From positions 1 to 21,494 of IMG/VR virus record IMGVR_UViG_3300020215_000050: a stretch of DNA of 21,494 bases; one strand, given 5' to 3'. Source of the stretch: a virus. Below, in pieces: positions 4,916 to 12,168 of this stretch (positions are counted from its first letter, which is position 1; every line of letters starts with the position of its first letter). A program made the translations under genes and the position numbers. The notes beneath the pieces are model-generated. The model was not told the DNA's origin, did not search any database, and saw only the letters and a list, made by a program, of their open reading frames with translations.

Positions 4916-4993
4916 TGGTGCGGAAGGTTGGACTTGAACCAACAAGCGCCTGGCTCTCGACCAGACAGGTTTACCGATTTCCTTCACTTCCGC
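4916..4993 (-). tRNA. tRNA-Leu(GAG), short variable loop, C33
   Basis: GCGGAAG/CTTCCGC-A-CCA; TCTGG-TCGAGAG-CCAGG; GTTGG-TTCAAGT-CCAAC. Confidence 0.88.
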
Positions 4994-4999
4994 TTTGAC

Positions 5000-5103
5000 T
5001 GGTGGAGGTCGGGACGCTTGGCCTTCGCGTTGCCCGACTGTTCTCTCGCGATGAAAGAACTCCGTCGATTCCGCCCGTTTCTGATGGGCTCCTCTGTCGC
5101 TCC
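5000..5103 (-). ncRNA. 104-nt CCA-ended tRNA-mimic-like RNA of unknown class
   Basis: Fills the gap between tRNA-Asn and tRNA-Leu; 5' GGAG pairs with the 3' CTCC-A-CCA; three internal hairpins; no TTC T-loop. Confidence 0.55.
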
Positions 5104-5111
5104 ATAAAATT

Positions 5112-5190
5112 TGGCTCCTCCTCTTGGAATCGAACCAAGCTAGTTTCGGTTTAACAGACCGCCGCGTGCACCTTGCTCGCCTTAGGAGGA
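5112..5190 (-). tRNA. tRNA-Asn(GTT)
   Basis: TCCTCCT/AGGAGGA-G-CCA; CGGT-CTGTTAA-ACCG; CTTGG-TTCGATT-CCAAG. Confidence 0.9.
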
Positions 5191-5191
5191 A

Positions 5192-5281
5192 TCGGCGCCG
5201 AGGGAATCGAACCCTCCCGAGAACTCCGGTCCGGAGCTAAGGGGGTATAAGTCCCTCCCGCACTGACCAGTGCTGACGCCA
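5192..5281 (-). tRNA. tRNA with TAT anticodon (Ile AUA) and long variable arm, no encoded CCA
   Basis: TGGCGTC/GGCGCCG acceptor; D-arm GCACT-GGTC-AGTGC; loop CT-TAT-AC; variable stem AGCTCCG/CGGAGTT; GAGGG-TTCGATT-CCCTC. Confidence 0.8.
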
Positions 5282-5295
5282 TCAAACTCGCGACT

Positions 5296-5325
5296 TATAT
5301 ATCCCGCAAGCCGCTAACCTGTCAA
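5296..5325 (-). promoter_or_regulatory. sigma70-type promoter TTGACA-N18-TATATA heading the tRNA operon
   Basis: -35 at 5320-5325; -10 box 14 nt upstream of the first tRNA. Confidence 0.65.
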
Positions 5326-5574
5326 TTTGTAGTTGATGGCTGCCGCGAAGAATCTCGCCGCCTCCAGCCCCTGGATCACGATGACGTTGGCGTCTCGCTC
5401 GATCTGCTCCTCGGTCCTCGGCGTCTTGAACTGCTTGCACTCGATGTAGACGGGGCCGGCGGCGCACTCTACGCAGAAGTCGAGGTTCTTCGTCGAGGCC
5501 GATTGTCTCGTAAACTGGATGCCGGCCCGGCGAAGCCCAGACTCGACGATCGCCTCCACCGGGTCCCGGCTCAT
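5314..5574 (-). CDS. small hypothetical protein, PD-(D/E)XK nuclease-like motif
   Basis: 86 aa; LDF...VYIECK resembles the D...ExK signature; ATGA-coupled. Confidence 0.7.
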   Translation of the reverse strand: MSRDPVEAIVESGLRRAGIQFTRQSASTKNLDFCVECAAGPVYIECKQFKTPRTEEQIERDANVIVIQGLEAARFFAAAINYKLTG

Positions 5575-5858
5575 GCGTCCAACAGGACGCCGCCGCCCAT
5601 GTCGTCGATGACGATGCGGACTCGGCCGGCCTTCACGAGCTTGCGGATCTCGCCCATCGTCGTGTCGTCCGGCAGCTCTGTGTCCTCGGGCTTGAGCAGG
5701 TACCGCAGCCGGAGCTTCTCAGGGAAGTGGGCCTGTGACCTCAACTCACGGGCGATGTCGGATGCGAAGAACACGGCCCTCGCTTGGGCGAGAGTGATGT
5801 CGTCGGGAAATGCCCGGGTGAGCATGCTCTCTATGCTGAGCGATTTCGGCAGCGCCAT
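5571..5858 (-). CDS. hypothetical protein
   Basis: 95 aa, AAGGAG RBS, abuts both neighbours. Confidence 0.75.
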   Translation of the reverse strand: MALPKSLSIESMLTRAFPDDITLAQARAVFFASDIARELRSQAHFPEKLRLRYLLKPEDTELPDDTTMGEIRKLVKAGRVRIVIDDMGGGVLLDA

Positions 5859-6038
5859 TTAAGTCTCCTTTACCGTCATGATCCACACCCCGCGCTTCTT
5901 GTCCTCGACCAGCTCGCCGACGATCGTGTAGCCCATCTCCCTGTAGACCCTCGCGAGGGGGATGAGCCCGCCCTTCGTGAACGCGGTGATCTCAAAGGAA
6001 GATCTCGACGTTTCCGTTTTCGTCTTCGATGCGCACAT
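5859..6038 (-). CDS. hypothetical protein (59 aa, MCASKTK...)
   Basis: GGAGAGG upstream of the ATG at 6038; fills the gap with high-GC3 codons. Confidence 0.6.
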   Translation of the reverse strand: MCASKTKTETSRSSFEITAFTKGGLIPLARVYREMGYTIVGELVEDKKRGVWIMTVKET

Positions 6039-6450
6039 GCCTCTCCACGATCCTCCTTCTCCATCTCCTGACGCCCACGGCGTCGGTGTATTCCTCCCAC
6101 GAGTTCGCCTGGTTGCGCCTCGGGATCTCCTTGATGTAGACGTCGATCCGGTCCGCGTGCTCCTTCCTGACGCAGCAGGAGCAGTGGACGGGCTTGTGGG
6201 TCCACCCGTTGACCGGGTCCCACTTGCCATAGTACAGGTGCCGGTAGGGGCTGTTCTTTCCGAGCCTACCCCTGAACGTCACCTTGCGCTTGTTGCCGGT
6301 GCGTCCCCCGCCCGTCTTGTTGAGGGCCTTGACCCGGTGCTGGAGCCTCCAGAGCTTCCGCCACCCCTCGAGCGAGCCGGTGTCGAAGGTGAAGGCGTAC
6401 CCGTTCGTCCGTCCCCTGTCCCTGTAGATGGGTGGCTTGGAATCTTCCAT
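5992..6450 (-). CDS. hypothetical basic protein, probably from a leaderless mRNA
   Basis: 152 aa from the ATG at 6450, which lies 7 nt after a -10 box. Confidence 0.75.
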   Translation of the reverse strand: MEDSKPPIYRDRGRTNGYAFTFDTGSLEGWRKLWRLQHRVKALNKTGGGRTGNKRKVTFRGRLGKNSPYRHLYYGKWDPVNGWTHKPVHCSCCVRKEHADRIDVYIKEIPRRNQANSWEEYTDAVGVRRWRRRIVERHVRIEDENGNVEIFL

Positions 6451-6457
6451 GGTAGCC

Positions 6458-6486
6458 ATTCTACCACTTTTTGCGGTTTTTGTAAA
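6458..6486 (-). promoter_or_regulatory. early promoter GTTTACA-N17-TAGAAT
   Basis: T4-early-like -35 (GTTTAC), 17-nt spacer, TG motif before the -10. Confidence 0.75.
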
Positions 6487-6487
6487 C

Positions 6488-6895
6488 TCAGGAGGCGCCC
6501 GCCTGGAAGCCGTGCGTCTCGAGCCAGAGCCGCTTCTCGCCGAACAGCCCGCCGACGTTCACCCACCGCTGGAAGGCGTGGGCGGAGCCCCACGACCCGG
6601 CGGGCATCCAGTGGTTGATGACGTCGCCGACCGTCCACAGCATGCTTCGGTGGAACGGGTCGACGCGGCCCCACACGACGCTGAACGGCTCGTTGAGGAG
6701 GACCGCCTTCAGCCAGCCGCCCGGCTCGAGGCCGAACAGGGCGTATGCGGCCAGCGCCTGCTCGCAGTAGTCGCTGCAGACGATGTCGCGGCCGATCTTA
6801 AAGATCTCCTTCCAGGCGCGGACGACGTCCTCGCGGGCCTCGTCGCAGTTGACGCCGTTGATGACGACGTCGCTGTCGCATATCTTGTGTACCAT
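6488..6895 (-). CDS. hypothetical phage protein (PGG.L.AVL.N...WGS motif)
   Basis: 135 aa, GAGG RBS, high GC3. Confidence 0.8.
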   Translation of the reverse strand: MVHKICDSDVVINGVNCDEAREDVVRAWKEIFKIGRDIVCSDYCEQALAAYALFGLEPGGWLKAVLLNEPFSVVWGRVDPFHRSMLWTVGDVINHWMPAGSWGSAHAFQRWVNVGGLFGEKRLWLETHGFQAGAS

Positions 6896-6898
6896 GCC

Positions 6899-7294
6899 TC
6901 ACCTCTTGTCGTAGCGGACGAGGGCCGTGTCCCTTTCGAGCACGATGCTCGCCTTCCCCTTCCTGTAGACCGCCTGGCGGCGGCGGGTCCTGTCGTCGAT
7001 GACCCGACCGGGCGAGTAGACCCAGCTCGGGTCGTTCTGTAGGTACCGTCTCAGGCACTCGAAGCCGAGTCGGTTCCTGAACCGAATCCGCTCGCCCCAC
7101 ACGTGCCGGTTGCCGATGTCGTGCATCGGGTTGCCTCCGTAGTTGCGGACGATGAAGGAGCTCATCTCGTAGAGGCTGCCGGTCTCCATCTTGAGGGAGA
7201 CGGAGGCCGGGTCGCCCCGGGGCGGCCTCCAGTTCAGCTCGTTCTTCTTCTTCCAGTCGTCGACCTGCCACTGGCTTCTTGCGTGCAGTCTCAT
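6899..7294 (-). CDS. hypothetical protein, paralogue of 7291..7683
   Basis: 131 aa, ATGA-coupled, GAGG RBS. Confidence 0.8.
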   Translation of the reverse strand: MRLHARSQWQVDDWKKKNELNWRPPRGDPASVSLKMETGSLYEMSSFIVRNYGGNPMHDIGNRHVWGERIRFRNRLGFECLRRYLQNDPSWVYSPGRVIDDRTRRRQAVYRKGKASIVLERDTALVRYDKR

Positions 7295-7683
7295 TTCCTC
7301 ACTCCGAATATGACGGTCCAGCCGACGGCGGGTATGCGGCTCGGACTGTCGCGCGCGATGCGTACGTAGGCCCGACGGTCCCGATGCTCATACACGATGT
7401 GTCGCGGGGTGTTCTCCATCAGGTACCACGTCCCGTCGCCCTCGAGGTAGCGCTCCAGGGACCTCGCCCCCAGCTCAGTCATCAGCACGATGCTCGTCGA
7501 TACGCGGCGCTCCAGGGTGCCCGACACGACGTGGACGGCGAGGTTGAGGCAGTCGCGAACCCATTCCCTCATCTTGGTCGGCGAGTCGAGGGGCATGAAT
7601 GGGGGGCCGGAGTATCTCTCCGGCCTCCAGTTTCGTTCGTTCCGCCTGTCCAAGACGTCCCGGCTGGTGTTCCTCAGCCTCAT
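7291..7683 (-). CDS. hypothetical protein, paralogue of 6899..7294
   Basis: 130 aa from the ATG at 7683 (ATGA overlap with the DUF932 stop). Confidence 0.78.
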   Translation of the reverse strand: MRLRNTSRDVLDRRNERNWRPERYSGPPFMPLDSPTKMREWVRDCLNLAVHVVSGTLERRVSTSIVLMTELGARSLERYLEGDGTWYLMENTPRHIVYEHRDRRAYVRIARDSPSRIPAVGWTVIFGVRK

Positions 7684-8624
7684 GACGCGTCGGCGTACTC
7701 CTTCGCCTTCGTCAGGGCCTCGAGCTTGCGGCCGCGGTTCGTGCCGTACCAGCTGGAGACCAGCCGGCTGTCGTCGTTCTGACCGAGCTCGTGGTCGGCC
7801 ATGTACGTGACGGCGTTGAACGCCTGCCACCAGCTGCCCTTGGCGAAGTTCGCTCCGGGCTGCTTCTCGACGGTCTCGATCGCCGCCTGGGCGTGCCGGC
7901 TCATCTCCTTCTTTCCGCCGCGGTTGCTCGTCAGCGGGAAGACCTCGTTGAAGTAGCTCACCAGGGTGTCCTGGGTGTACTTCTTCGAGCCGAGGAACTT
8001 CGCGATCTCGCGGTAGTCGGCGAACTTGACGTGGGCGATGCCCAGCAGCTTCTTCGCCTCCTCGGGGTCGAACTTCTTCCGGTGGTTGAGGGTGATCATC
8101 TTGTCCGCGTGCTTCGACAGGGACAGGGTGAGCGTGTTCCAGCACACGACCCGGATCGGCGTCATGCGGACGTCGAGGGCGTGGCCGAACCGGTGCGGGT
8201 TCGTAAAGAGCAGGTAGTTCTCGACCTGGTCGCCGCGGAAGAGCTCGAACGTCTCCTTCACCTTGGCGAGGCACCACACGATCTGTCCGCCCTTGAGCGA
8301 GCCGGCCGTGTGCATCTCCATGTCGCCGGCCATCACGAACTCGTGGAAGAAGTCGAACGCCTCCTGGTTCTGCACCGGGTTCCAGGCGTCCGTCACGACG
8401 TCGAGCTGCTTGCCGTCGCTCGAGCGGACGAGGGCGGCGTGGCCGGTCTCCTCCTCCTGCATCGTCACCGGGTTGGAGATGGTCGCGGGGACCTTGACCA
8501 CCTTCCAGTCCAGCTGGGCGGCCTTGAGCATCTGCCGGGGCGTCAGGTCCGCGGGGACCTTCTTGCCCAGGCCGTGCCAGGGCACCTGGCCGGCGTACGC
8601 CATCGTCTCAACTTTGTGGGCCAT
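7680..8624 (-). CDS. DUF932/DUF945 family phage protein
   Basis: MAH.VETMAY..VPWHGLG, PVQN.EAF.FF, AGSL.GG, TPIRVVC.NTL and GSWWQAFNAVT motifs; AAGGAGG RBS. Confidence 0.92.
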   Translation of the reverse strand: MAHKVETMAYAGQVPWHGLGKKVPADLTPRQMLKAAQLDWKVVKVPATISNPVTMQEEETGHAALVRSSDGKQLDVVTDAWNPVQNQEAFDFFHEFVMAGDMEMHTAGSLKGGQIVWCLAKVKETFELFRGDQVENYLLFTNPHRFGHALDVRMTPIRVVCWNTLTLSLSKHADKMITLNHRKKFDPEEAKKLLGIAHVKFADYREIAKFLGSKKYTQDTLVSYFNEVFPLTSNRGGKKEMSRHAQAAIETVEKQPGANFAKGSWWQAFNAVTYMADHELGQNDDSRLVSSWYGTNRGRKLEALTKAKEYADAS

Positions 8625-8659
8625 TTGTTACCTCCTTGGATCTTCAATTCCTAGGATTT

Positions 8660-8688
8660 ACAGTAACACGAAAATAGACTTTTGTCAA
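8660..8688 (-). promoter_or_regulatory. sigma70-type promoter TTGACA-N17-TACTGT
   Basis: Consensus -35, 17-nt spacer, AT-rich upstream sequence. Confidence 0.7.
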
Positions 8689-8691
8689 AAC

Positions 8692-8722
8692 AAAAAAAAC
8701 CGAGCCGTTTTACCGGCTCGGT
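8692..8722 (-). terminator. intrinsic terminator
   Basis: ACCGAGCCG-gtaaaa-CGGCTCGGT plus T-run. Confidence 0.85.
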
Positions 8723-8736
8723 CCAGATGGTCGTGG

Positions 8737-9477
8737 TTACTCGACTGGCGTGTAGGCGGTCGAGCTCAGGAGCTTGACCCGGCCGGCGGACGGCTTGTGG
8801 GCCTTGCCGGTCTGGACGACCTTGGCGAGGGTCACCTTCGCGGTGGACTCGGCGTAGGCCGCCTTCTCGAGGAAGTTGGCCCGGACCTTCTCCTCCGGGG
8901 CGCCCTCGGTCTCGTACTCGGGCTTTTCCTTCGTGACCTCGGCGATCGACTCGAGCATCGTCTTCTCGGCCGTCATGCCGCCGCCGGGGCGGAACTGGGT
9001 GGCGATCTTCACCGCCGTCCGCTTCTTCTTCCGCCGCTTGGGGGCGGCAACCCTGACCGGACGCTTGCGCTTCCGCCAGACCACCGTCCCGTCCTCGTGG
9101 ACGTCCACGTAGCCCTGGACGACCGACAGCTGCCTCAGCGCCCAGTGGGCGGTCCCGTAGGCGTACCCCTCCTTGTCGAGGAAGGCGAACACCTCCTTGC
9201 GGGAGGACGTACCCTTGTCCTTGAGGAACAGGTGGGCGAGCTTGACCGCTCCCTTCCTATGTTCCCTGACGACCGGGGAGGCGTGGCCGTTGGACGTCTC
9301 GTCCGCGTGCTCGTCCTCCTCGTCGTCGGTCTCCGTCTCCGCCGTCATACCCAGCTGCCTCATGGCGACCGTGTAACCCAGGTCCTTGATCTGCTTGATC
9401 AGGGACATCAGGTCGGCGTCGAAGACGTCGCCCTCGATGGTGAACGCATGGTTCACCTCAGACTTGGTTTCAGTCAT
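8737..9477 (-). CDS. putative DNA-binding protein (acidic tract, two winged-helix-like segments, K/R-rich linker)
   Basis: 246 aa from the ATG at 9477 with GGAG RBS; own promoter and terminator; function inferred from composition only. Confidence 0.75.
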   Translation of the reverse strand: MTETKSEVNHAFTIEGDVFDADLMSLIKQIKDLGYTVAMRQLGMTAETETDDEEDEHADETSNGHASPVVREHRKGAVKLAHLFLKDKGTSSRKEVFAFLDKEGYAYGTAHWALRQLSVVQGYVDVHEDGTVVWRKRKRPVRVAAPKRRKKKRTAVKIATQFRPGGGMTAEKTMLESIAEVTKEKPEYETEGAPEEKVRANFLEKAAYAESTAKVTLAKVVQTGKAHKPSAGRVKLLSSTAYTPVE

Positions 9478-9537
9478 TACGATTCTCCACTTTTTCAAAG
9501 AGCCCGCTGGCCACGGTTTTTCGCGACCAACCCGGCC

Positions 9538-9566
9538 ATCATACCACATGATTACCGAAATGTAAA
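9538..9566 (-). promoter_or_regulatory. early promoter TTTACA-N17-TATGAT with AT-rich UP element
   Basis: 17-nt spacer, TG motif before the -10, AAAAATAAT upstream. Confidence 0.78.
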
Positions 9567-9586
9567 ATTATTTTTGCGTACGTTGG

Positions 9587-9686
9587 AAAAAAAGTCCCCG
9601 GCTCGCTTGCCGGGGACCAGGTGGACCGATCCGCTTGGGGAAGACCGGTCAGGGGGAACTCCATGCAGGGGAATCGCAAACCATAA
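9587..9686 (-). ncRNA. candidate ~100-nt sRNA with repeated UUCCCC motifs, ending in the terminator at 9587-9617
   Basis: Own promoter (9692-9720), no ORF with an RBS, terminator GTCCCCGGC/GCCGGGGAC-T7. Confidence 0.6.
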
Positions 9687-9691
9687 TGAAA

Positions 9692-9720
9692 AATATATCT
9701 TCATCCGGCGTGCTTGTCAA
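9692..9720 (-). promoter_or_regulatory. sigma70-type promoter TTGACA-N17-TATATT
   Basis: Near-consensus; overlaps the end of the peptidase gene. Confidence 0.7.
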
Positions 9721-10219
9721 TCGCGGTCCTTACCCAGCGCTCCCCCCTGAGGCCGCGGGCGTCCACCCACTGGATCACGAGGCCGTAAGCCCTTCCGTGG
9801 GCTTCGATCTCCCAGGGGAGGTCCCAGTAGTCAAGCTTCTTGGCGTCGACGACCTCGTCGCCGAATCTGTAAACTTCTTCGCGGTTTTTATGCTGCCAGT
9901 GTTCGCGGTTTGTCCACTGCTTGATGTGGACCATCTCGTGGGCGATGGTGTTGAAGACGGTCGATACCCGCTTGCTCGTGTCGACCTCGATGAGGAAGTT
10001 TCGACAGCGGGGATCGTTTTCCCAGCTCGCTATCCCCCAGTTCTTTTCCGTTTCGTAAAGTTTACCGTCCAGCACGATTTCCACGGTGATTCGTCGGCGG
10101 ACGTCGGGTCGGATAAATTTTTCGGCACAAAAAAAGATTAGATCCCGGACGAGCCTGCGCTCCCGTCGTCCCAGCTTGCCGCCGCGGCGGCGCCTGAACA
10201 CCACCCGCATATCCCCCAC
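9701..10219 (-). CDS. HExxH zinc metallopeptidase-like protein
   Basis: IAHEMVHIKQ ... YWDLPWEIEAHG motifs; late-promoter box CATAAATA at 10235-10242. Confidence 0.85.
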   Translation of the reverse strand: MGDMRVVFRRRRGGKLGRRERRLVRDLIFFCAEKFIRPDVRRRITVEIVLDGKLYETEKNWGIASWENDPRCRNFLIEVDTSKRVSTVFNTIAHEMVHIKQWTNREHWQHKNREEVYRFGDEVVDAKKLDYWDLPWEIEAHGRAYGLVIQWVDARGLRGERWVRTAIDKHAG

Positions 10220-10242
10220 CCCTCAGGATGGGGGTATTTATG

Positions 10243-11679
10243 TCAGCCGACGAGATTCTTGAGCCTGGCCGCCCGGTCGCGCATCGAGCCGCCGAAGGCC
10301 CCGCGGTCGAAGACCGGGGTTTCGTCCTGGTCCTTCCCGTTGACCTTCTGGTCAACCTTGGTCCCGGGCTCCTGGGCAAGCTCGGACTGGGCCTTGTCGT
10401 CGAGGTTGAAGAGACGCATCCGGCTCTTGTCTATCCCGACGACGAACCTGCGGTAGTAGGCCGGGTCGCCGAACCGGTTCTTCAGCTGCTTGATCATCAT
10501 CTGGCCGAGCTTCTCAAGCTCCTCGGACTGCATGATCGCGTACATGAAGTCCGCCGTGGCGGGCAGGCCGAAGGACTCCGAGGTGTCCTCGAGCCCGACG
10601 TCGGTCGAGCCGTAGCCCTGCCTGGTAGTCTGGGTGGCCGTGATGATCGGGACGCCCTGCTCTACGGCCAGGCCCCTGAGCTCCTCGGCGATGGACTTGA
10701 TCAGGGTGTAGGAGTTGACCCCCGTGCCCGCCCGCACCCTCGAGCTCGTGCAGATGTTGATGTAGTCGACGTAGATGACGTCGGGCGTGAAGTTCCTCTT
10801 GAGCCTGAGCTCCTTGAGGAGGGCCCGGAAGTGACCGACGTGGGCCGTGGCGGTCGGGTACTCCTTGATGATCAGCTTGCCCACGGTCCGCTCCCTGACC
10901 CGCTGGACCCGCTGGTCGTACATCTCTCGGCTCAGGCTCATCAGCTCGTCGACCGTGACGCCGAGCAGGTTTGCGTCGATCCTCTCGGCGATCTTCTCCT
11001 CGGCCATCTCGTTCGTGATGTAGAGGACGTTCTTCCCGTCCATCATGTTGAACGCCGACTGGTGGCACATGACGAGGGTCTTGCCCACGCCGGTGCCGCC
11101 CAGGATGACCGTGAGGGTCTTCCGCTCGATGCCGCCCTTGGTCACCTTGTTGAGGATGTCGATGTCGAACCGCAGCTTCTCGGCCTTCGTGTGGTAGTAC
11201 TCCCACCGCATCGTCGAGTCCTCGATGTAGTCGTGGCCGACGTGGGTGTCGAAGGACAGGGACAGGGCGGTGGTCAGCAGCTCGGGGATCGAGGAGACGG
11301 TCCTCTTCCCCGACTTGTCCTCCATTATGCCGATCGACTCCATGATCGCGTTGTAGAGGGCCTTCTGCTGGCAGAACTTCTCCGTCGTCTCGCAGAGCCA
11401 CTTCAGGTCCGTGTTCTCCGACCTGAGGTTCTCGATGACGATCTTGGCGTCCCGGTAGTGCTCCTCGGGCACGCCCTCCTTGGACTGGAGGTCGATGAGC
11501 AGCGCCTCGCGGGTCGGCAGGCTGTTGTACTTGCCGACGTAGTCGTTGATCAGCTGGAAGGTCAGCTTCTCCGACGGGGTGTGGAAGAAGTCTTCGTTGA
11601 GGAAGGGGATGACCTTGCGGGTGTAGGTCTCGTTGAAGACGAGGTGGCTGAGGATCGTGAGCTCGACGAATGCTTCCAT
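10243..11679 (-). CDS. 41: replicative DNA helicase (T4 gp41-like, DnaB family)
   Basis: Walker A GGTGVGKT, KLIIKEYPT, VDYINIC, IAEELRGLAVE, SESFGLPATAD, KQLKNR. Confidence 0.97.
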   Translation of the reverse strand: MEAFVELTILSHLVFNETYTRKVIPFLNEDFFHTPSEKLTFQLINDYVGKYNSLPTREALLIDLQSKEGVPEEHYRDAKIVIENLRSENTDLKWLCETTEKFCQQKALYNAIMESIGIMEDKSGKRTVSSIPELLTTALSLSFDTHVGHDYIEDSTMRWEYYHTKAEKLRFDIDILNKVTKGGIERKTLTVILGGTGVGKTLVMCHQSAFNMMDGKNVLYITNEMAEEKIAERIDANLLGVTVDELMSLSREMYDQRVQRVRERTVGKLIIKEYPTATAHVGHFRALLKELRLKRNFTPDVIYVDYINICTSSRVRAGTGVNSYTLIKSIAEELRGLAVEQGVPIITATQTTRQGYGSTDVGLEDTSESFGLPATADFMYAIMQSEELEKLGQMMIKQLKNRFGDPAYYRRFVVGIDKSRMRLFNLDDKAQSELAQEPGTKVDQKVNGKDQDETPVFDRGAFGGSMRDRAARLKNLVG

Positions 11680-11680
11680 G

Positions 11681-11959
11681 CTAGACGTTCTTCTGGAGGT
11701 CGATGACGTCGAGCCTCCTCCACTCCTCGTTGCCCAGGCCGTCGAGCCACTTCTGCTCGATGTGGTGGCTCTGGCTGACCACGGTCCTCTTCATGCTGAA
11801 GGGCCACAGGTAGCCCCAGCACGTCAAGTTCACCACCCGCAGGTAGGGCGTCGGCGTCCACATCGGTACCTGCTGGGCGACGGCGTTCTTGATTTCGACA
11901 GAAGTCAGTTCGGGATTGACTTCGGCAGCTTCGTTCTTCTTCTTTACGTTACGGGCCAT
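11681..11959 (-). CDS. hypothetical protein
   Basis: 92 aa, tightly packed between neighbours. Confidence 0.7.
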   Translation of the reverse strand: MARNVKKKNEAAEVNPELTSVEIKNAVAQQVPMWTPTPYLRVVNLTCWGYLWPFSMKRTVVSQSHHIEQKWLDGLGNEEWRRLDVIDLQKNV

Positions 11960-12168
11960 ATGATCACCACTCTGTTGTAGTTCTTAGCCGTGTCGGCGTC
12001 CTTGAGGTCCATCTCGTCGATGACGTCCCCGTTGTGCGGGCTCATGAGGTAGATGCCCGGGTTCGGGTCGACCTCGTAGAAGTTGTTGCCCTCGGAGTCG
12101 GCGGCGATCACCACCTCGCACTCGCCGGGAAACTTCTTCAGGATCTGGATGAACGTATCAAGCCTCAT
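11944..12168 (-). CDS. hypothetical protein (D.EGN.F motif)
   Basis: 74 aa, GGAG RBS, overlaps the uvsX stop. Confidence 0.75.
   Translation of the reverse strand: MRLDTFIQILKKFPGECEVVIAADSEGNNFYEVDPNPGIYLMSPHNGDVIDEMDLKDADTAKNYNRVVIIWPVT

Noticed and set aside
53-5281. HDV-like (theta) ribozymes in tRNA 3' trailers
   Set aside because: Could not build the nested double pseudoknot by eye after the tRNAs examined; a motif search would be needed to exclude it
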